From assembly GCA_021846125.1 (NCBI GenBank), contig JAJZCK010000001.1, positions 1 through 52,251 on the forward strand: a stretch of DNA of 52,251 bases, in the 5' to 3' direction. Numbering within the stretch: position 1 is the stretch's first letter; each line of letters begins with the position of its first letter. A program made the position numbers and the translations under genes. Origin of the DNA: Actinomycetes bacterium (GTDB taxonomy: Bacteria; Actinomycetota; Acidimicrobiia; Acidimicrobiales; Bog-793). Shown here in pieces: positions 17,058-26,843 of the stretch. The notes below the pieces were generated by a model. The model saw only the letters and a list, made by a program, of their open reading frames with translations, had not been told where the DNA came from and made no database searches.

Positions 17058-17918
17058 ATGCCCGTGACCGTCGTGGAGCAGACGCAGGGAGCACCGCGTC
17101 CCACGCCCGTCAGGATCGGCGGCGCCCGTGGCGGGCCGCCGCTCTCCACCGTCCTGCGCAAGGACAACTGGCGCCTCCAACCCACGCTCACCGCGCTCGG
17201 ACTGCTCGGCTTCATCGGCTACTCGGTCTGGGCTGCCCTGCGCAACGGGGACTTCTACGCGGGCAACGTCGGCCGCGACTACCTCTCGCCGCTCTACTCG
17301 CCGTGCCTCACGCACAGCTGCACCACGGCAGGCTACGTCTGGGGCGGCTGGTCCTGGTGGCGGGTGTCGCCGGCCTGGCTCATTCTCGCGTTCCCTGGAG
17401 CCTTCCGGACCACGTGCTACTACTATCGCAAGGCGTACTACCGCTCCTTCTGGCTCTCGCCTCCGGGGTGTGCCGTCCCCGATGCAGGGTCGACAGGCAC
17501 GGGGCGACGAAGCCGCTACACCGGCGAGACCCGCTTTCCGCTGCTGCTCCAGAACCTCCACCGCTACACGTGGTACTTCGCCGTCGTCTTCGCCGGGATC
17601 TTGACCTGGGACGCGATCGCCTCGTTCCGCTTCACGAACGGCGTCGGCGTGGCGGTCGGAACGCTGCTGTTCGTCGTCAACGCGATCTTCATCTGGGCGT
17701 ACACCCTCGGCTGCCACGCGTGCCGCCACCTTTGCGGTGGCAACCTGAAGCGCATGTCAGAGGCACCCGTGCGCCACTGGTTCTGGAAGAACATCTCCTC
17801 TCAGCTCAACGCCCACCACCAGCTTTTCGCCTGGTGCTCGCTGTTCTCGATCATCGCCACGGACCTGTACACCTACCTCGTCGCGAGCGGTGCCATCCAC
17901 GACCCGAGGCTGTTCTGA
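17058..17918 (+). CDS. Polytopic membrane anchor subunit of succinate dehydrogenase/fumarate reductase (Rv0249c-like)
   Basis: About 5 hydrophobic helices, Cys/His-rich motifs (CLTHSC, GCHACRHLCGG, NAHHQLFAW), and an ATGA stop/start overlap with the flavoprotein gene. The start may be the GTG at 17064, which sits better after GGAGGG. Confidence 0.6.
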   Translation: MPVTVVEQTQGAPRPTPVRIGGARGGPPLSTVLRKDNWRLQPTLTALGLLGFIGYSVWAALRNGDFYAGNVGRDYLSPLYSPCLTHSCTTAGYVWGGWSWWRVSPAWLILAFPGAFRTTCYYYRKAYYRSFWLSPPGCAVPDAGSTGTGRRSRYTGETRFPLLLQNLHRYTWYFAVVFAGILTWDAIASFRFTNGVGVAVGTLLFVVNAIFIWAYTLGCHACRHLCGGNLKRMSEAPVRHWFWKNISSQLNAHHQLFAWCSLFSIIATDLYTYLVASGAIHDPRLF

Positions 17919-19717
17919 TGCCCGAGCACGAAAGTCACGTATTCGACGTCGTCGTCATCGGCGCGGGCGGTGCCGGGCTGCGTGCCGCGATCGAGGCGAG
18001 CGCGGCGGGTGCGCGGACGGCGATCGTCTGCAAGTCCCTGCTCGGCAAGGCGCACACCGTCATGGCCGAGGGTGGGGTCGCTGCCGCCCTCGGCAACGTC
18101 TGGCCCGAGGACAACTGGATGGTGCACTTCCGCGACACGATGCGTGGCGGCAAGATGCTGAACAACTGGCGGATGGCCCAGCTCCACGCGCAGGAGGCTC
18201 CCGACCGGGTCCTCGAGCTCGAGGAGTGGGGTGCCGTCTTCGACAGGACGCCCGACGGCCGGATCCTCCAGCGCGACTTCGGCGGCCACCGCTACGCGCG
18301 CCTCGCGCACGTCGGCGACCGCACCGGTCTCGAGCTGCTCCGGACCTGCCAGCAGCGAGCGGTCAGCCTCGGCATCGAGGTCTTCATGGAGTGCAAGATC
18401 CTCCACCTCTTGAAGGACTCCTCGGGAGCGGTCTCGGGAGCGGTGGGGTTCTGGCGCGAGTCCGGCAAGCCGGTGGTGTTCGGAGCGAAGTCCGTGGTGC
18501 TCGCGTCGGGCGGTGTCGGCAAGACCTGGAAGTTCACCTCGAACTCCTGGGAAGGCACCGGTGACGGTCACGCCCTCGCCCTGTGGGCGGGCGCGGACAT
18601 GATCGACATGGAGTGCGTGCAGTTCCACCCGACAGGGATGGTGTGGCCGCCTTCGGCACGAGGCATCCTCGTGACCGAGGGTGTGCGCGGCGACGGCGGC
18701 GTGCTGCGCAACCGCGACGGCGAGCGCTTCATGTTCAACTACATCCCGGAGTTCTACGCGAAGGAGACCGCCGATTCGATCGAGGAGGCGGACCAGTGGT
18801 ACGACAACAAGAAGGACTTCCGTCGCCCGCCCGAGCTGCTCCCCCGCGACGAGGTAGCTCGATCGATCAACTCGGAGGTCAAGGGCGGACGTGGAAGCCC
18901 GCATGGCGGGGTGTTCCTCGACATCGCGTCGAGGAGGACGCCGGAGTACATCAAGCGGCGCCTCCCTTCGATGTACCACCAGTTCAAGGAGCTCGCCGAC
19001 GTCGACATCACCAAGGAGCCGATGGAGATCGGCCCGACGTGCCACTACATCATGGGCGGCATCCGGGTCGACGCCGACACCGCAGCCACGACCGTGCCGG
19101 GTCTCTACGCGGCGGGCGAGGTGGCAGGTGGGATGCACGGGGCAAACCGGCTCGGGGGCAACTCGCTCTCCGATCTCCTCGTCTTCGGCAGGCGAGCCGG
19201 CCAGTACGCCGCCGAGCACGCGCTCGGCATGCCAGGTGACGTCCTCGTCGACTCCGGGCAGGTCCAAGAAGTGATGCAGGAGGCTCTCGCGCCCTTCGGC
19301 CGAGAGACGGGGGAGAACCCCTATGCGGTCCACCACGAGCTTCAAGAGACGATGCAGAGTCTGGTCGGGATCATCCGCACCGAGTCCGAGCTGCTCGAGG
19401 CGAAGGACAAGCTCGCTGACCTCGACGAGCGGGCCGCCGCTGTCGGCGTCGAAGGCCACCGCCAGTTCAATCCCGGATGGCACCTCGCCCTCGACCTGCA
19501 GTCGATGCTCGCCGTCGCGCACTGCACGACGCTCAGCGCCATCGAGCGCAAGGAGAGCCGGGGCGGGCACACCCGCGACGACTACCCTGCAAGTGACCCG
19601 GAGCTCGGCAAGGTCAACATGGTGACGCGCCTCGCCGGCACGACCGTCACCGTGACGCCAGAGCCACTGCCGGTGATGCCTGACGAGCTCAAGACACTCT
19701 TCGAGGAGGGCCATTGA
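17918..19717 (+). CDS. sdhA: Succinate dehydrogenase/fumarate reductase flavoprotein subunit
   Basis: FAD dinucleotide fold FDVVVIGAGGAGLRAA, HTVMAEGG (His for covalent FAD), HPTG, and GLYAAGEVAGGMHGANRLGGNSL. The track ORF (from 15941) is a spurious 5' extension; the real ATG is at 17918. Confidence 0.92.
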   Translation: MPEHESHVFDVVVIGAGGAGLRAAIEASAAGARTAIVCKSLLGKAHTVMAEGGVAAALGNVWPEDNWMVHFRDTMRGGKMLNNWRMAQLHAQEAPDRVLELEEWGAVFDRTPDGRILQRDFGGHRYARLAHVGDRTGLELLRTCQQRAVSLGIEVFMECKILHLLKDSSGAVSGAVGFWRESGKPVVFGAKSVVLASGGVGKTWKFTSNSWEGTGDGHALALWAGADMIDMECVQFHPTGMVWPPSARGILVTEGVRGDGGVLRNRDGERFMFNYIPEFYAKETADSIEEADQWYDNKKDFRRPPELLPRDEVARSINSEVKGGRGSPHGGVFLDIASRRTPEYIKRRLPSMYHQFKELADVDITKEPMEIGPTCHYIMGGIRVDADTAATTVPGLYAAGEVAGGMHGANRLGGNSLSDLLVFGRRAGQYAAEHALGMPGDVLVDSGQVQEVMQEALAPFGRETGENPYAVHHELQETMQSLVGIIRTESELLEAKDKLADLDERAAAVGVEGHRQFNPGWHLALDLQSMLAVAHCTTLSAIERKESRGGHTRDDYPASDPELGKVNMVTRLAGTTVTVTPEPLPVMPDELKTLFEEGH

Positions 19718-19736
19718 TGGCCGGGGAGACGCGCTG

Positions 19737-20654
19737 ATGGCGACGAGTGCCGACCAGACGGGCCCGGAGGCGGCGAGCACCGCCACGGCGGATGTGGCGT
19801 CGGGCGCCTCGGGGACGCCGACGGTCACCTTGCGCCTCTGGCGCGGCGACGACACCGGGGGGTCCTTCAACGACTACACCGTCGACAACCTCGGCGGCGA
19901 GGTCGTTCTCGACGTCGTGCACCGCGTCCAGGCGGAGCAGGCTCCGGACCTCGCAGTCCGCTGGAACTGCAAAGCGGGCAAGTGCGGCTCCTGCAGCGCC
20001 GAGGTCAACGGACGCCCTCGATTGATGTGCATGACTCGCATGAGCACCCTCGACACCACGCAGCCGATCACCGTCTCGCCGCTCCGGGCGAACCCGGTGA
20101 TACGTGACCTCGTGACCGACGTCTCCTACAACTTCGCCGTTGCGCGGCGAATCCCAGCGTTCCATCCCGGACCCCGGGACGCCGACGGCACCTACCGCAT
20201 GGCGCAGGTCGACGCGGATCGCGTCCAGGAGTTCCGCAAGTGCATCGAATGCTTCCTCTGCCAGAACGTCTGCCACGTGGTCCGCGACCACGAGGAGAAC
20301 AAGCCGCACTTCGCAGGCCCGCGCTTTTTCGCCCGGCTAGCGGAGCTCGAGATGCACCCTCTCGACACCCTCGACCGGCGTGACCTCGCGTCACGAGAGC
20401 TCGGCATCGGCTATTGCAACATCACGAAGTGCTGCACCGAGGTCTGCCCCGAGGGCATCCACATCACCGACAACGCGATCATCCCGATGAAGGAGCGCGT
20501 CGTCGACGCCCGCTACGACCCGATCGCCTGGCTCGGCCGAAAGATCCTCAGACGGCCGGCTCCCACCCCCGCCTCCTCGACCGCTTCCCTTTCCCCCGCC
20601 GGCAAGGCCCACGAGACGATCTCGACGCAGCCGCGCACGCCAGCGGGCGGCTAG
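19737..20654 (+). CDS. sdhB: Succinate dehydrogenase/fumarate reductase iron-sulfur subunit
   Basis: Cys clusters CKAGKCGSCSAEVNGRPRLMC, CIECFLCQNVC and CNITKCCTEVCP. It has a low-complexity Pro/Ser/Thr C-terminal tail. Confidence 0.9.
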   Translation: MATSADQTGPEAASTATADVASGASGTPTVTLRLWRGDDTGGSFNDYTVDNLGGEVVLDVVHRVQAEQAPDLAVRWNCKAGKCGSCSAEVNGRPRLMCMTRMSTLDTTQPITVSPLRANPVIRDLVTDVSYNFAVARRIPAFHPGPRDADGTYRMAQVDADRVQEFRKCIECFLCQNVCHVVRDHEENKPHFAGPRFFARLAELEMHPLDTLDRRDLASRELGIGYCNITKCCTEVCPEGIHITDNAIIPMKERVVDARYDPIAWLGRKILRRPAPTPASSTASLSPAGKAHETISTQPRTPAGG

Positions 20655-20666
20655 GTCACCCGGCGC

Positions 20667-21071
20667 GTGGAAGACCTGCTCACGCCAGCGTGGCTCGACG
20701 AGCTCGGCGCGGCACTGGTGGCCGCCGAGCCGGTCGAGTCGCCGGGTCGCATTGCTCTCGGCCAGGTCGTCACGGGCGCACCCGACGGAGACGTCGCGTA
20801 CACGTTGCTCTTCGGAGGCGGCCAGCCGGCTTCTCTCGTCCACGGCGTCGAAGGCGCCGTCGTCACGGTCGTAGAGTCCTACGAGACTGCGACAGCCATC
20901 GCGTCGAGCACCCCGGCAGCCGGCGTGCTCGCGAGCGGGAAAGTGAAGGTGCGTGGTGACGTGCGGGTACTGCTCGGCTCCCAGGCGGCGCTCGCCGACC
21001 TGGCCGAGGCAGTCGCCGGCGCCCGCCTGGCCACGAGCGGCGGCACCAGACCGCTGGAGGAGACCCGGTGA
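20667..21071 (+). CDS. SCP2 sterol-carrier-like domain protein
   Basis: 134 aa with AWLDELGAAL..., TATAIASS...GKVKVRGDVRVLL, typical of SCP-2 domain proteins. Confidence 0.6.
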   Translation: MEDLLTPAWLDELGAALVAAEPVESPGRIALGQVVTGAPDGDVAYTLLFGGGQPASLVHGVEGAVVTVVESYETATAIASSTPAAGVLASGKVKVRGDVRVLLGSQAALADLAEAVAGARLATSGGTRPLEETR

Positions 21072-21361
21072 TCACCGAGCACGCGCTCATCACCGTCCGG
21101 CCGGGCAGCGAGGACCACTTCGCAACCGCGTTCCCCGAGGCGCATGCCGTGATCACCGCTGCGCCCGGCTGCATCTCGGCCCGCCTGCTACGCGGGGTCG
21201 AGCGGCCGTCCACGTTCTTGCTTCTCGTCGAATGGGCGAGCGTCGAGGCCCACATGGAAGGCTTCCGGTCCTCGGAGGCCTTCGCGACGTGGCGCCAGAT
21301 CATCGGCCCGTTCTTCGACGGCCCACCCGACGTCGAGCACTTCGGGGAACCGCTCCGCTGA
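21068..21361 (+). CDS. Antibiotic biosynthesis monooxygenase (ABM) fold protein
   Basis: 97 aa with ITVRPGSEDHF...STFLLLVEWASVEAHMEGFRSSEAF, a ferredoxin-like ABM pattern. GTGA overlap with the upstream gene. Confidence 0.65.
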   Translation: MITEHALITVRPGSEDHFATAFPEAHAVITAAPGCISARLLRGVERPSTFLLLVEWASVEAHMEGFRSSEAFATWRQIIGPFFDGPPDVEHFGEPLR

Positions 21362-21374
21362 CGCGAGCCCACGG

Positions 21375-22388
21375 CTAGCTCGGTGCGAGCAGCTCCGCGA
21401 CGTCCGCACGCTCGGCGAGAAGCTCCTCGGTCGTGAGGCGGATCCTTTCGGTCGCGAGCGCGCCGTGCTCGATGCCCTCGACGATGCTCCAACCGTCGCC
21501 TGTCGAGCGCACCGGGAAGCCAAACTGCAAGCCTTCTGGGACGCCGTACTCGCCGTGCGACACGACAGCCAGCGAAGTCCAGTCGCCCGACGGCGTCGGG
21601 GTGCGGATGCTCACGACCGATCCGACAGCCGCTGCGGCAGCAGATGCTGCCGAGGAGAGGCCCCGCGCGTCGATGATGGCTGCGCCCCGCTTCTGCACGG
21701 TCGTGATGAACTCGCCCTCGAGCCAGGACTGGTCCGCGACGACCTCGGGCACGGGCGCTCCGCCGACGAGCGCGTGTGCGAAGTCGGGGAACTGCGTCGA
21801 GGAGTGGTTGCCCCAGATCGCCATGTTCGACACGGCCGTGACGGGCACGCCTGCGCGTCGCGCCAGCTGTGACTTGGCGCGGTTCTCGTCGAGGCGCGTC
21901 ATCGCGAACCAGCGGTCCTCCGGCACCTCGGGCGCGTTCGCACGTGCGATGAGGCAGTTCGTGTTGCACGGGTTGCCGACGACGAGCACTCGCACGTCCG
22001 GGGCGGCGTTGGCGGCGATGGCCCTGCCCTGTGGCTTGAAGATGCCACCGTTGATGCCGAGGAGGTCCTTGCGCTCCATCCCCGCCTTGCGGGGGACCGA
22101 GCCGACGAGCATCGCGACGGACGTGCCGTCGAATGCCGCCGTGAGATCGGAGGTCGCGTCGATGCTCGCAAGCAGCGGCGACGCGCAGTCGTCGAGCTCC
22201 ATGACGACGCCCTCCAGGGCCTTCATCGCAGGCTCGATCTCGAGAAGCCTCAGCGCCACCGGCTGGTCGGGGCCGAGAAGCTCGCCCGCTGCTATCCGGA
22301 AGAGCAGCGAATAGCAGATCTGTCCTGCGGCACCTGTCACGGTGACGCGTACGGGGGCCTTCGTCGCAAGTGCTCGGGAGTCGGTCAC
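21375..22388 (-). CDS. mdh: Malate dehydrogenase (NAD-dependent, cytosolic-type)
   Basis: [41 protein letters not shown], and [12 protein letters not shown]. Confidence 0.92.
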   Translation of the reverse strand: MTDSRALATKAPVRVTVTGAAGQICYSLLFRIAAGELLGPDQPVALRLLEIEPAMKALEGVVMELDDCASPLLASIDATSDLTAAFDGTSVAMLVGSVPRKAGMERKDLLGINGGIFKPQGRAIAANAAPDVRVLVVGNPCNTNCLIARANAPEVPEDRWFAMTRLDENRAKSQLARRAGVPVTAVSNMAIWGNHSSTQFPDFAHALVGGAPVPEVVADQSWLEGEFITTVQKRGAAIIDARGLSSAASAAAAAVGSVVSIRTPTPSGDWTSLAVVSHGEYGVPEGLQFGFPVRSTGDGWSIVEGIEHGALATERIRLTTEELLAERADVAELLAPS

Positions 22389-22458
22389 ATTCCGAGGCTA
22401 CCCCCGGACCGGTCCTCCGGTCAGATCCGTCGCGTTCCCCCGACGTCCACGCACGCGC

Positions 22459-23583
22459 CTACCGGCACACGGGAGCGGCCACGAAGCACAGGGGCGCCCG
22501 CCAGCCCGCCGCGGTGAACCTCGCCTCGACCGCCAGGGCGATCGAGGCGGTGGCGTCCGCGCCGACGAGAGCGATCGCGGATCCCCCGAATCCTCCGCCG
22601 ATCATCCGCGCACCGAGCGCTCCTGCACCGATCGCCGCCTCGACCGCGGCGTCGAGCTCCGCGCAGGACGACTCGAAGTCGTCACGGATCGACGCGTGGG
22701 CGGCGTTGAGGATGGGTCCGATATCCGCAACCCGTCCCTCGTCGAGGAGCCGGGCAGCGTCGAGCACGCGGGCATCTTCCGTCACGACGTGGCGGACGCG
22801 CCGGACGAGCTCGGGATCGGCGAGCCGGCCGAGCGCCTCGCGGAGATCGTCCGGCCCGACGTCGCGCAAGGCCGCGACCCCGAGCACGGAAGCGGCACGC
22901 TCGCACGCACGACGCCTGTCGGTATAGCCCGAGTTGCCGAGGTCGTGGCCGACGCGCGTGTCCACGACGAGGAGGGCGAGGCCTGCGGACTCGAGGTCGA
23001 AGGGGACCTGGCGCATCTCGAGGCTGCGCGTGTCGAGCAGCAGAGCGTGCCCGGGCACGCACAGAAGGGAGGCCATCTGGTCGAGCACGCCGCAGGGAAC
23101 GCCTACGAACTCGTTCTCCGCCCGCTGCGCGAGGCGGGCGAGCGCGGTGCGGTCGAGGTCGATCTCCGAGAGCTCCGCGAGCGCGAGCGCGGTCGCGCAT
23201 TCGAGCGCTGCAGAGGAGGAGAGCCCCGCTCCTATCGGGACGTCGCTGTCGATGTAGAGATCCGCTCCGGCGACGGTGTGCCCGGCGTCGGCGAGGGCCC
23301 ACGCGACGCCGAGCACGTAGGAGGACCAACCGCCGGCCGCACCCGGCCGTAGGTCCGCTATCCGAGCCTCGACCGGCTCCGCACGCTCGCCCTGGGCAGA
23401 GGCGACCTTGATCACGCCGTCTGTACGCCGGGCGGCTGTCGCTCGGGCCGCCAGGGGGAGCGCCGTCGGGAGGACGAAGCCCTCGTTGTAGTCGGTGTAC
23501 TCCCCGACGAGGTTGACCCGACCGGGCGCGGACCACGTGCCGTCGGGCTCGACGCCGAAGAGATCGGCGAACGCCCGCGTCAA
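22459..23583 (-). CDS. galK: Galactokinase
   Basis: GRVNLVGEYTDYNEGFVLP signature, GHMP motif PIGAGLSSSAALE, and GGGFGGSAIAL. It appears to start at TTG in a TTGA overlap with the galE stop. Confidence 0.9.
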   Translation of the reverse strand: MTRAFADLFGVEPDGTWSAPGRVNLVGEYTDYNEGFVLPTALPLAARATAARRTDGVIKVASAQGERAEPVEARIADLRPGAAGGWSSYVLGVAWALADAGHTVAGADLYIDSDVPIGAGLSSSAALECATALALAELSEIDLDRTALARLAQRAENEFVGVPCGVLDQMASLLCVPGHALLLDTRSLEMRQVPFDLESAGLALLVVDTRVGHDLGNSGYTDRRRACERAASVLGVAALRDVGPDDLREALGRLADPELVRRVRHVVTEDARVLDAARLLDEGRVADIGPILNAAHASIRDDFESSCAELDAAVEAAIGAGALGARMIGGGFGGSAIALVGADATASIALAVEARFTAAGWRAPLCFVAAPVCR

Positions 23584-24545
23584 CGAGCACCCCGGCGCGC
23601 GACGAGCACCTGCCAGGCGTCCTCGATCATGACCGCTATCGCCGGCCGCGTAGGTACCCAGGCGAGCTCTCGCTCCGCCCGCGCCGACGAGGCGACGAGC
23701 ACGGCGGGGTCGCCCGCCCTTCGGGGCCCGATCGCCACCTCGAGAGACGCCCCGGTGACCTCCTCGACGGCCGAGAGCACCTCGCGCACGGTGAAGCCCC
23801 TGCCGTTGCCGAGGTTATAGATGCGGTGGCACCCGCGCTCCGCCCGCGCGAGTGCCGCGAGGTGCGCCTCGGCGAGGTCAGCGACATGGATGTAGTCCCG
23901 CACGCACGTGCCGTCGCTCGTCGGGTAGTCGTCGCCGTAGACCGTGAGCCCCGGCCGCATCCCGAGGGCAGCTTCGAGTGCGATCGGCACGAGATGGCTT
24001 TCGGGTTCGTGCCGCTCCCCGAGCCCAGCGTATGCACCGGCGACGTTGAAGTACCGCAGGCTCACCGCCCCGAGGCAGCTCTCGGACGCCTCGGCCGAGA
24101 GGAGATCGTCGACAGCGAGCTTCGACTCGCCATAGGGGTTGACGGGACGCGTGGCCGCGTCCTCGGTGATCGGCACCTCGGACGGCTCGCCGTAGACCGC
24201 CGCGCTGGAGGAGAAGACGAGGCGACCGACGCCGAGCCCGCGCATTGCGGCGACGAGACGGCTCGTCCCGAGGACGTTGTTCTCCTCGTACTTGGCGGGG
24301 TTCGCTATCGACTCGGCGACGAGCGAGGACGCTGCGAGATGGACGACCGCGTCGAACCGGCTTCCTGCGAGCAGCGTCGCAGCGTCGTGGACACGGCCGC
24401 GGACGAACGCTGCGCCACCGGGCACCGCGTCGAGATGGCCTGTCGAGAGGTCGTCGAGCACCGTGACCTCGTCGCCGCTCTCGAGGAGGCGCGTCGCGAC
24501 GACGCTGCCGATGTAGCCGGCACCACCGGTGACGAGGACCCTCAC
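23580..24545 (-). CDS. galE: UDP-glucose 4-epimerase
   Basis: MRVLVTGGAGYIGS Rossmann fold, YGESK catalytic motif, and LRYFNVAGA. GTGA overlap with the galT stop. Confidence 0.9.
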   Translation of the reverse strand: MRVLVTGGAGYIGSVVATRLLESGDEVTVLDDLSTGHLDAVPGGAAFVRGRVHDAATLLAGSRFDAVVHLAASSLVAESIANPAKYEENNVLGTSRLVAAMRGLGVGRLVFSSSAAVYGEPSEVPITEDAATRPVNPYGESKLAVDDLLSAEASESCLGAVSLRYFNVAGAYAGLGERHEPESHLVPIALEAALGMRPGLTVYGDDYPTSDGTCVRDYIHVADLAEAHLAALARAERGCHRIYNLGNGRGFTVREVLSAVEEVTGASLEVAIGPRRAGDPAVLVASSARAERELAWVPTRPAIAVMIEDAWQVLVARRGAR

Positions 24546-25624
24546 GAAGCCAGCTCCCTCAGCCTTGCCGCAGCGCTCTCGGGGACGATGTCGTTCGCGA
24601 ACGCGTCCATGCCGGACTCCGAGGACGCGAGGTACTTCAGCTTGTCGGCACTGCGCCGCACGGTGAACGTCTCTAGATGGAGCGCGAGATGCTCACGTCC
24701 TTCCCGCACGGGAGCCTGGTGCCAGCCGGACATGTACGGGGTCCGCCCACCGAACAGCGCGTCGAAGCGCCGCAGTAGGTCGAGGTAGATCCCGGGGAAG
24801 TCGGCGCGTGCGTCGTCGTCGAGGCAAGTGAGGTCCGCGACGCGCCTGCGCGGGTAGAGGTGGGTCTCGTAGGGCCAGCGGGCCGCGTACGGCACGAACG
24901 CCGTCCATGAGCGGTTCTCGACGACGACCCGTGCCCCGTCCTCGCGCTCCGCTGCGAGGACGTCGTCGTAGAGGTTGCGACCCGTCCGGCGCACGTAGTC
25001 GGTGACCGACGCGAGCGCCCGGGACGTGCGCGGCGTGACGAATGGGTAGGCGTAGATCTGCCCGTGAGGATGCTGCAAGGTGACGCCCACCTCCACCCCG
25101 CGGTTCTCGAAGCAGAAGACCTGCTCGACCGCCTCGATACGCGAGAGCTCTTCCGTGCGGTCGGTCCAGGCGGCGAGCACGAGGGCGATCTCCGACGGCG
25201 TCAGGTCGACCAGCGAAGCGTCGTGCCGCGGTGAGTAGCAGATCACCTCGCAGCGCCCGGCACCAGGCCGGTACGCATGGGTCGGGCTCGCCGTAAGCGA
25301 GGCGGTCGACCGGCTCTCCCCCGACAGCGCAGGGAACCTGTTCTCGAGGACGACCACGCCGTAGTCGGACGCCGGCACCTCGGTGACCTTGCCGTCTCGC
25401 GACGGGCAGAGGGGACAGTCGTCCGCCGGCGGCAGGTAGGTCCGTTCCTGGCGGTTCGCGGCAACCATGACCCAGGAGGCGAGGAAGGGGTCGTAGCGCA
25501 GCTCCGAGCCTGCTGGCCGCGCGGGCAGATCGCGCGAGTCCTCTGCAGCGCGCGGGGGCGCTCCGTCATGGTCGTAGTAGACGAGCTCGCGCCCGTCCGC
25601 GAGGTGTATCCGCTCCCGCTTCAT
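24542..25624 (-). CDS. galT: Galactose-1-phosphate uridylyltransferase
   Basis: CPLCP zinc motif, active site HPHGQIYAYPF, 360 aa. Confidence 0.88.
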   Translation of the reverse strand: MKRERIHLADGRELVYYDHDGAPPRAAEDSRDLPARPAGSELRYDPFLASWVMVAANRQERTYLPPADDCPLCPSRDGKVTEVPASDYGVVVLENRFPALSGESRSTASLTASPTHAYRPGAGRCEVICYSPRHDASLVDLTPSEIALVLAAWTDRTEELSRIEAVEQVFCFENRGVEVGVTLQHPHGQIYAYPFVTPRTSRALASVTDYVRRTGRNLYDDVLAAEREDGARVVVENRSWTAFVPYAARWPYETHLYPRRRVADLTCLDDDARADFPGIYLDLLRRFDALFGGRTPYMSGWHQAPVREGREHLALHLETFTVRRSADKLKYLASSESGMDAFANDIVPESAAARLRELAS

Positions 25625-25637
25625 ACCGCTTGCTCGG

Positions 25638-26834
25638 TCAGAGGCGTTCGACTATGGCGTCGGCGAACTCGCTGCAGCGGACCTCGCGGGCGCCGTCCAT
25701 GAGCCGCGCGAAGTCGTAGGTCACGATCTTGTCGGCGATGGTCGCCTCGAGGGCCCGGACGATGTCGGCCGCGGGCTCGGCCCAGCCGAGGTGCTCGAAC
25801 ATGAGCACCCCCGATAGCAGCAGCGAGCCCGGGTTGACTTTGTCCTGACCTGCGTACTTCGGCGCCGTGCCGTGAGTCGCCTCGAACACGCCGTGGCCTG
25901 TCACGTAGTTGATGTTCGCCCCGGGGGCGATGCCGATGCCGCCTACCTGCGCCGCGAGCGCGTCGGAGAGGTAGTCGCCGTTGAGGTTCATCGTCGCGAT
26001 GACGTCGAACTCGTCCGGCCGGGTGAGCACCTGCTGCAAGGTGATGTCCGCTATCGCGTCCTTGACCAGGATCTTGTCCCCCGGGTCGCCCCCGCACTCG
26101 TCCCAGCTGACGGCGACGTCGGCGAACTCGTCCCTCGCGACCTCGTAGCCCCAGTTGCGAAAGCCGCCTTCGGTGAACTTCTGGATGTTGCCCTTGTGCA
26201 CGAGGGTAACGCTCCTGCGGCCGTGGGAGACCGCGTAGGAGATCGCCGCGCGCACGAGCCGCTTCGACCCGGTCTCCGAGATCGGCTTGATGCCGATCGC
26301 CGAGTCCGCGCGGATGTCCCACCCGTGCTCGTCGTGGAGGAAGTCGATGAGCCGCTTCGCCTCGGGCGTGCCCGCTGCGAGCTCGAAGCCCGCATAGACG
26401 TCCTCCGTGTTCTCGCGGAAGATCACCATGTCGACCTTCTCCGGATGGCGCACCGGCGAGGGCACGCCGGCGAACCAGCGGACTGGCCGCAGGCATACGT
26501 AGAGGTCGAGGATCTGGCGAACTGCGACGTTGAGCGAGCGGAAGCCACCACCGACGGGCGTCGTGAGCGGACCCTTGATGCCGATCAGGTACTCGCGAAA
26601 CGCTGCGATCGTCTCGTCCGGCAGCCAGCTCCCCGTCTCGCGGAACGCCTTTTCACCCGCGAGGACCTCCTGCCAGGAGACGTGCTTGTCGTAGCGGGCA
26701 GCGGCGGCGTCGAGCACGTGCTGCGCCGCTGGCCAGATGTCGACACCGATACCGTCTCCCTCGATGTAGGGGACGATGGGGTCGTCCGGTACCTCGAGTG
26801 CCCCGCCAGCGTTCATCACGATCTTCTCGGCCAT
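25638..26834 (-). CDS. icd: NADP-dependent isocitrate dehydrogenase (homodimeric type)
   Basis: [10 protein letters not shown]-like [48 protein letters not shown], and HGTAPKYAG. Confidence 0.92.
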   Translation of the reverse strand: MAEKIVMNAGGALEVPDDPIVPYIEGDGIGVDIWPAAQHVLDAAAARYDKHVSWQEVLAGEKAFRETGSWLPDETIAAFREYLIGIKGPLTTPVGGGFRSLNVAVRQILDLYVCLRPVRWFAGVPSPVRHPEKVDMVIFRENTEDVYAGFELAAGTPEAKRLIDFLHDEHGWDIRADSAIGIKPISETGSKRLVRAAISYAVSHGRRSVTLVHKGNIQKFTEGGFRNWGYEVARDEFADVAVSWDECGGDPGDKILVKDAIADITLQQVLTRPDEFDVIATMNLNGDYLSDALAAQVGGIGIAPGANINYVTGHGVFEATHGTAPKYAGQDKVNPGSLLLSGVLMFEHLGWAEPAADIVRALEATIADKIVTYDFARLMDGAREVRCSEFADAIVERL

Positions 26835-26843
26835 TTCCCGAGC

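Noticed and set aside
15941-19717. Very long track ORFs that run antisense to, or fuse across, well-supported genes. Examples: 15941-19717 (1258 aa), 4181-5770, 4879-6576, 13629-15617, 31108-32262, 37405-39312, 43671-44939, 21433-22314.
   Set aside because: In DNA this GC-rich, stop codons are rare in several frames. These ORFs translate to Arg/Pro/Gly/Ala-rich low-complexity sequence with no family motifs, and they lie opposite genes with unmistakable conserved motifs. I see no evidence for overlapping or antisense coding.
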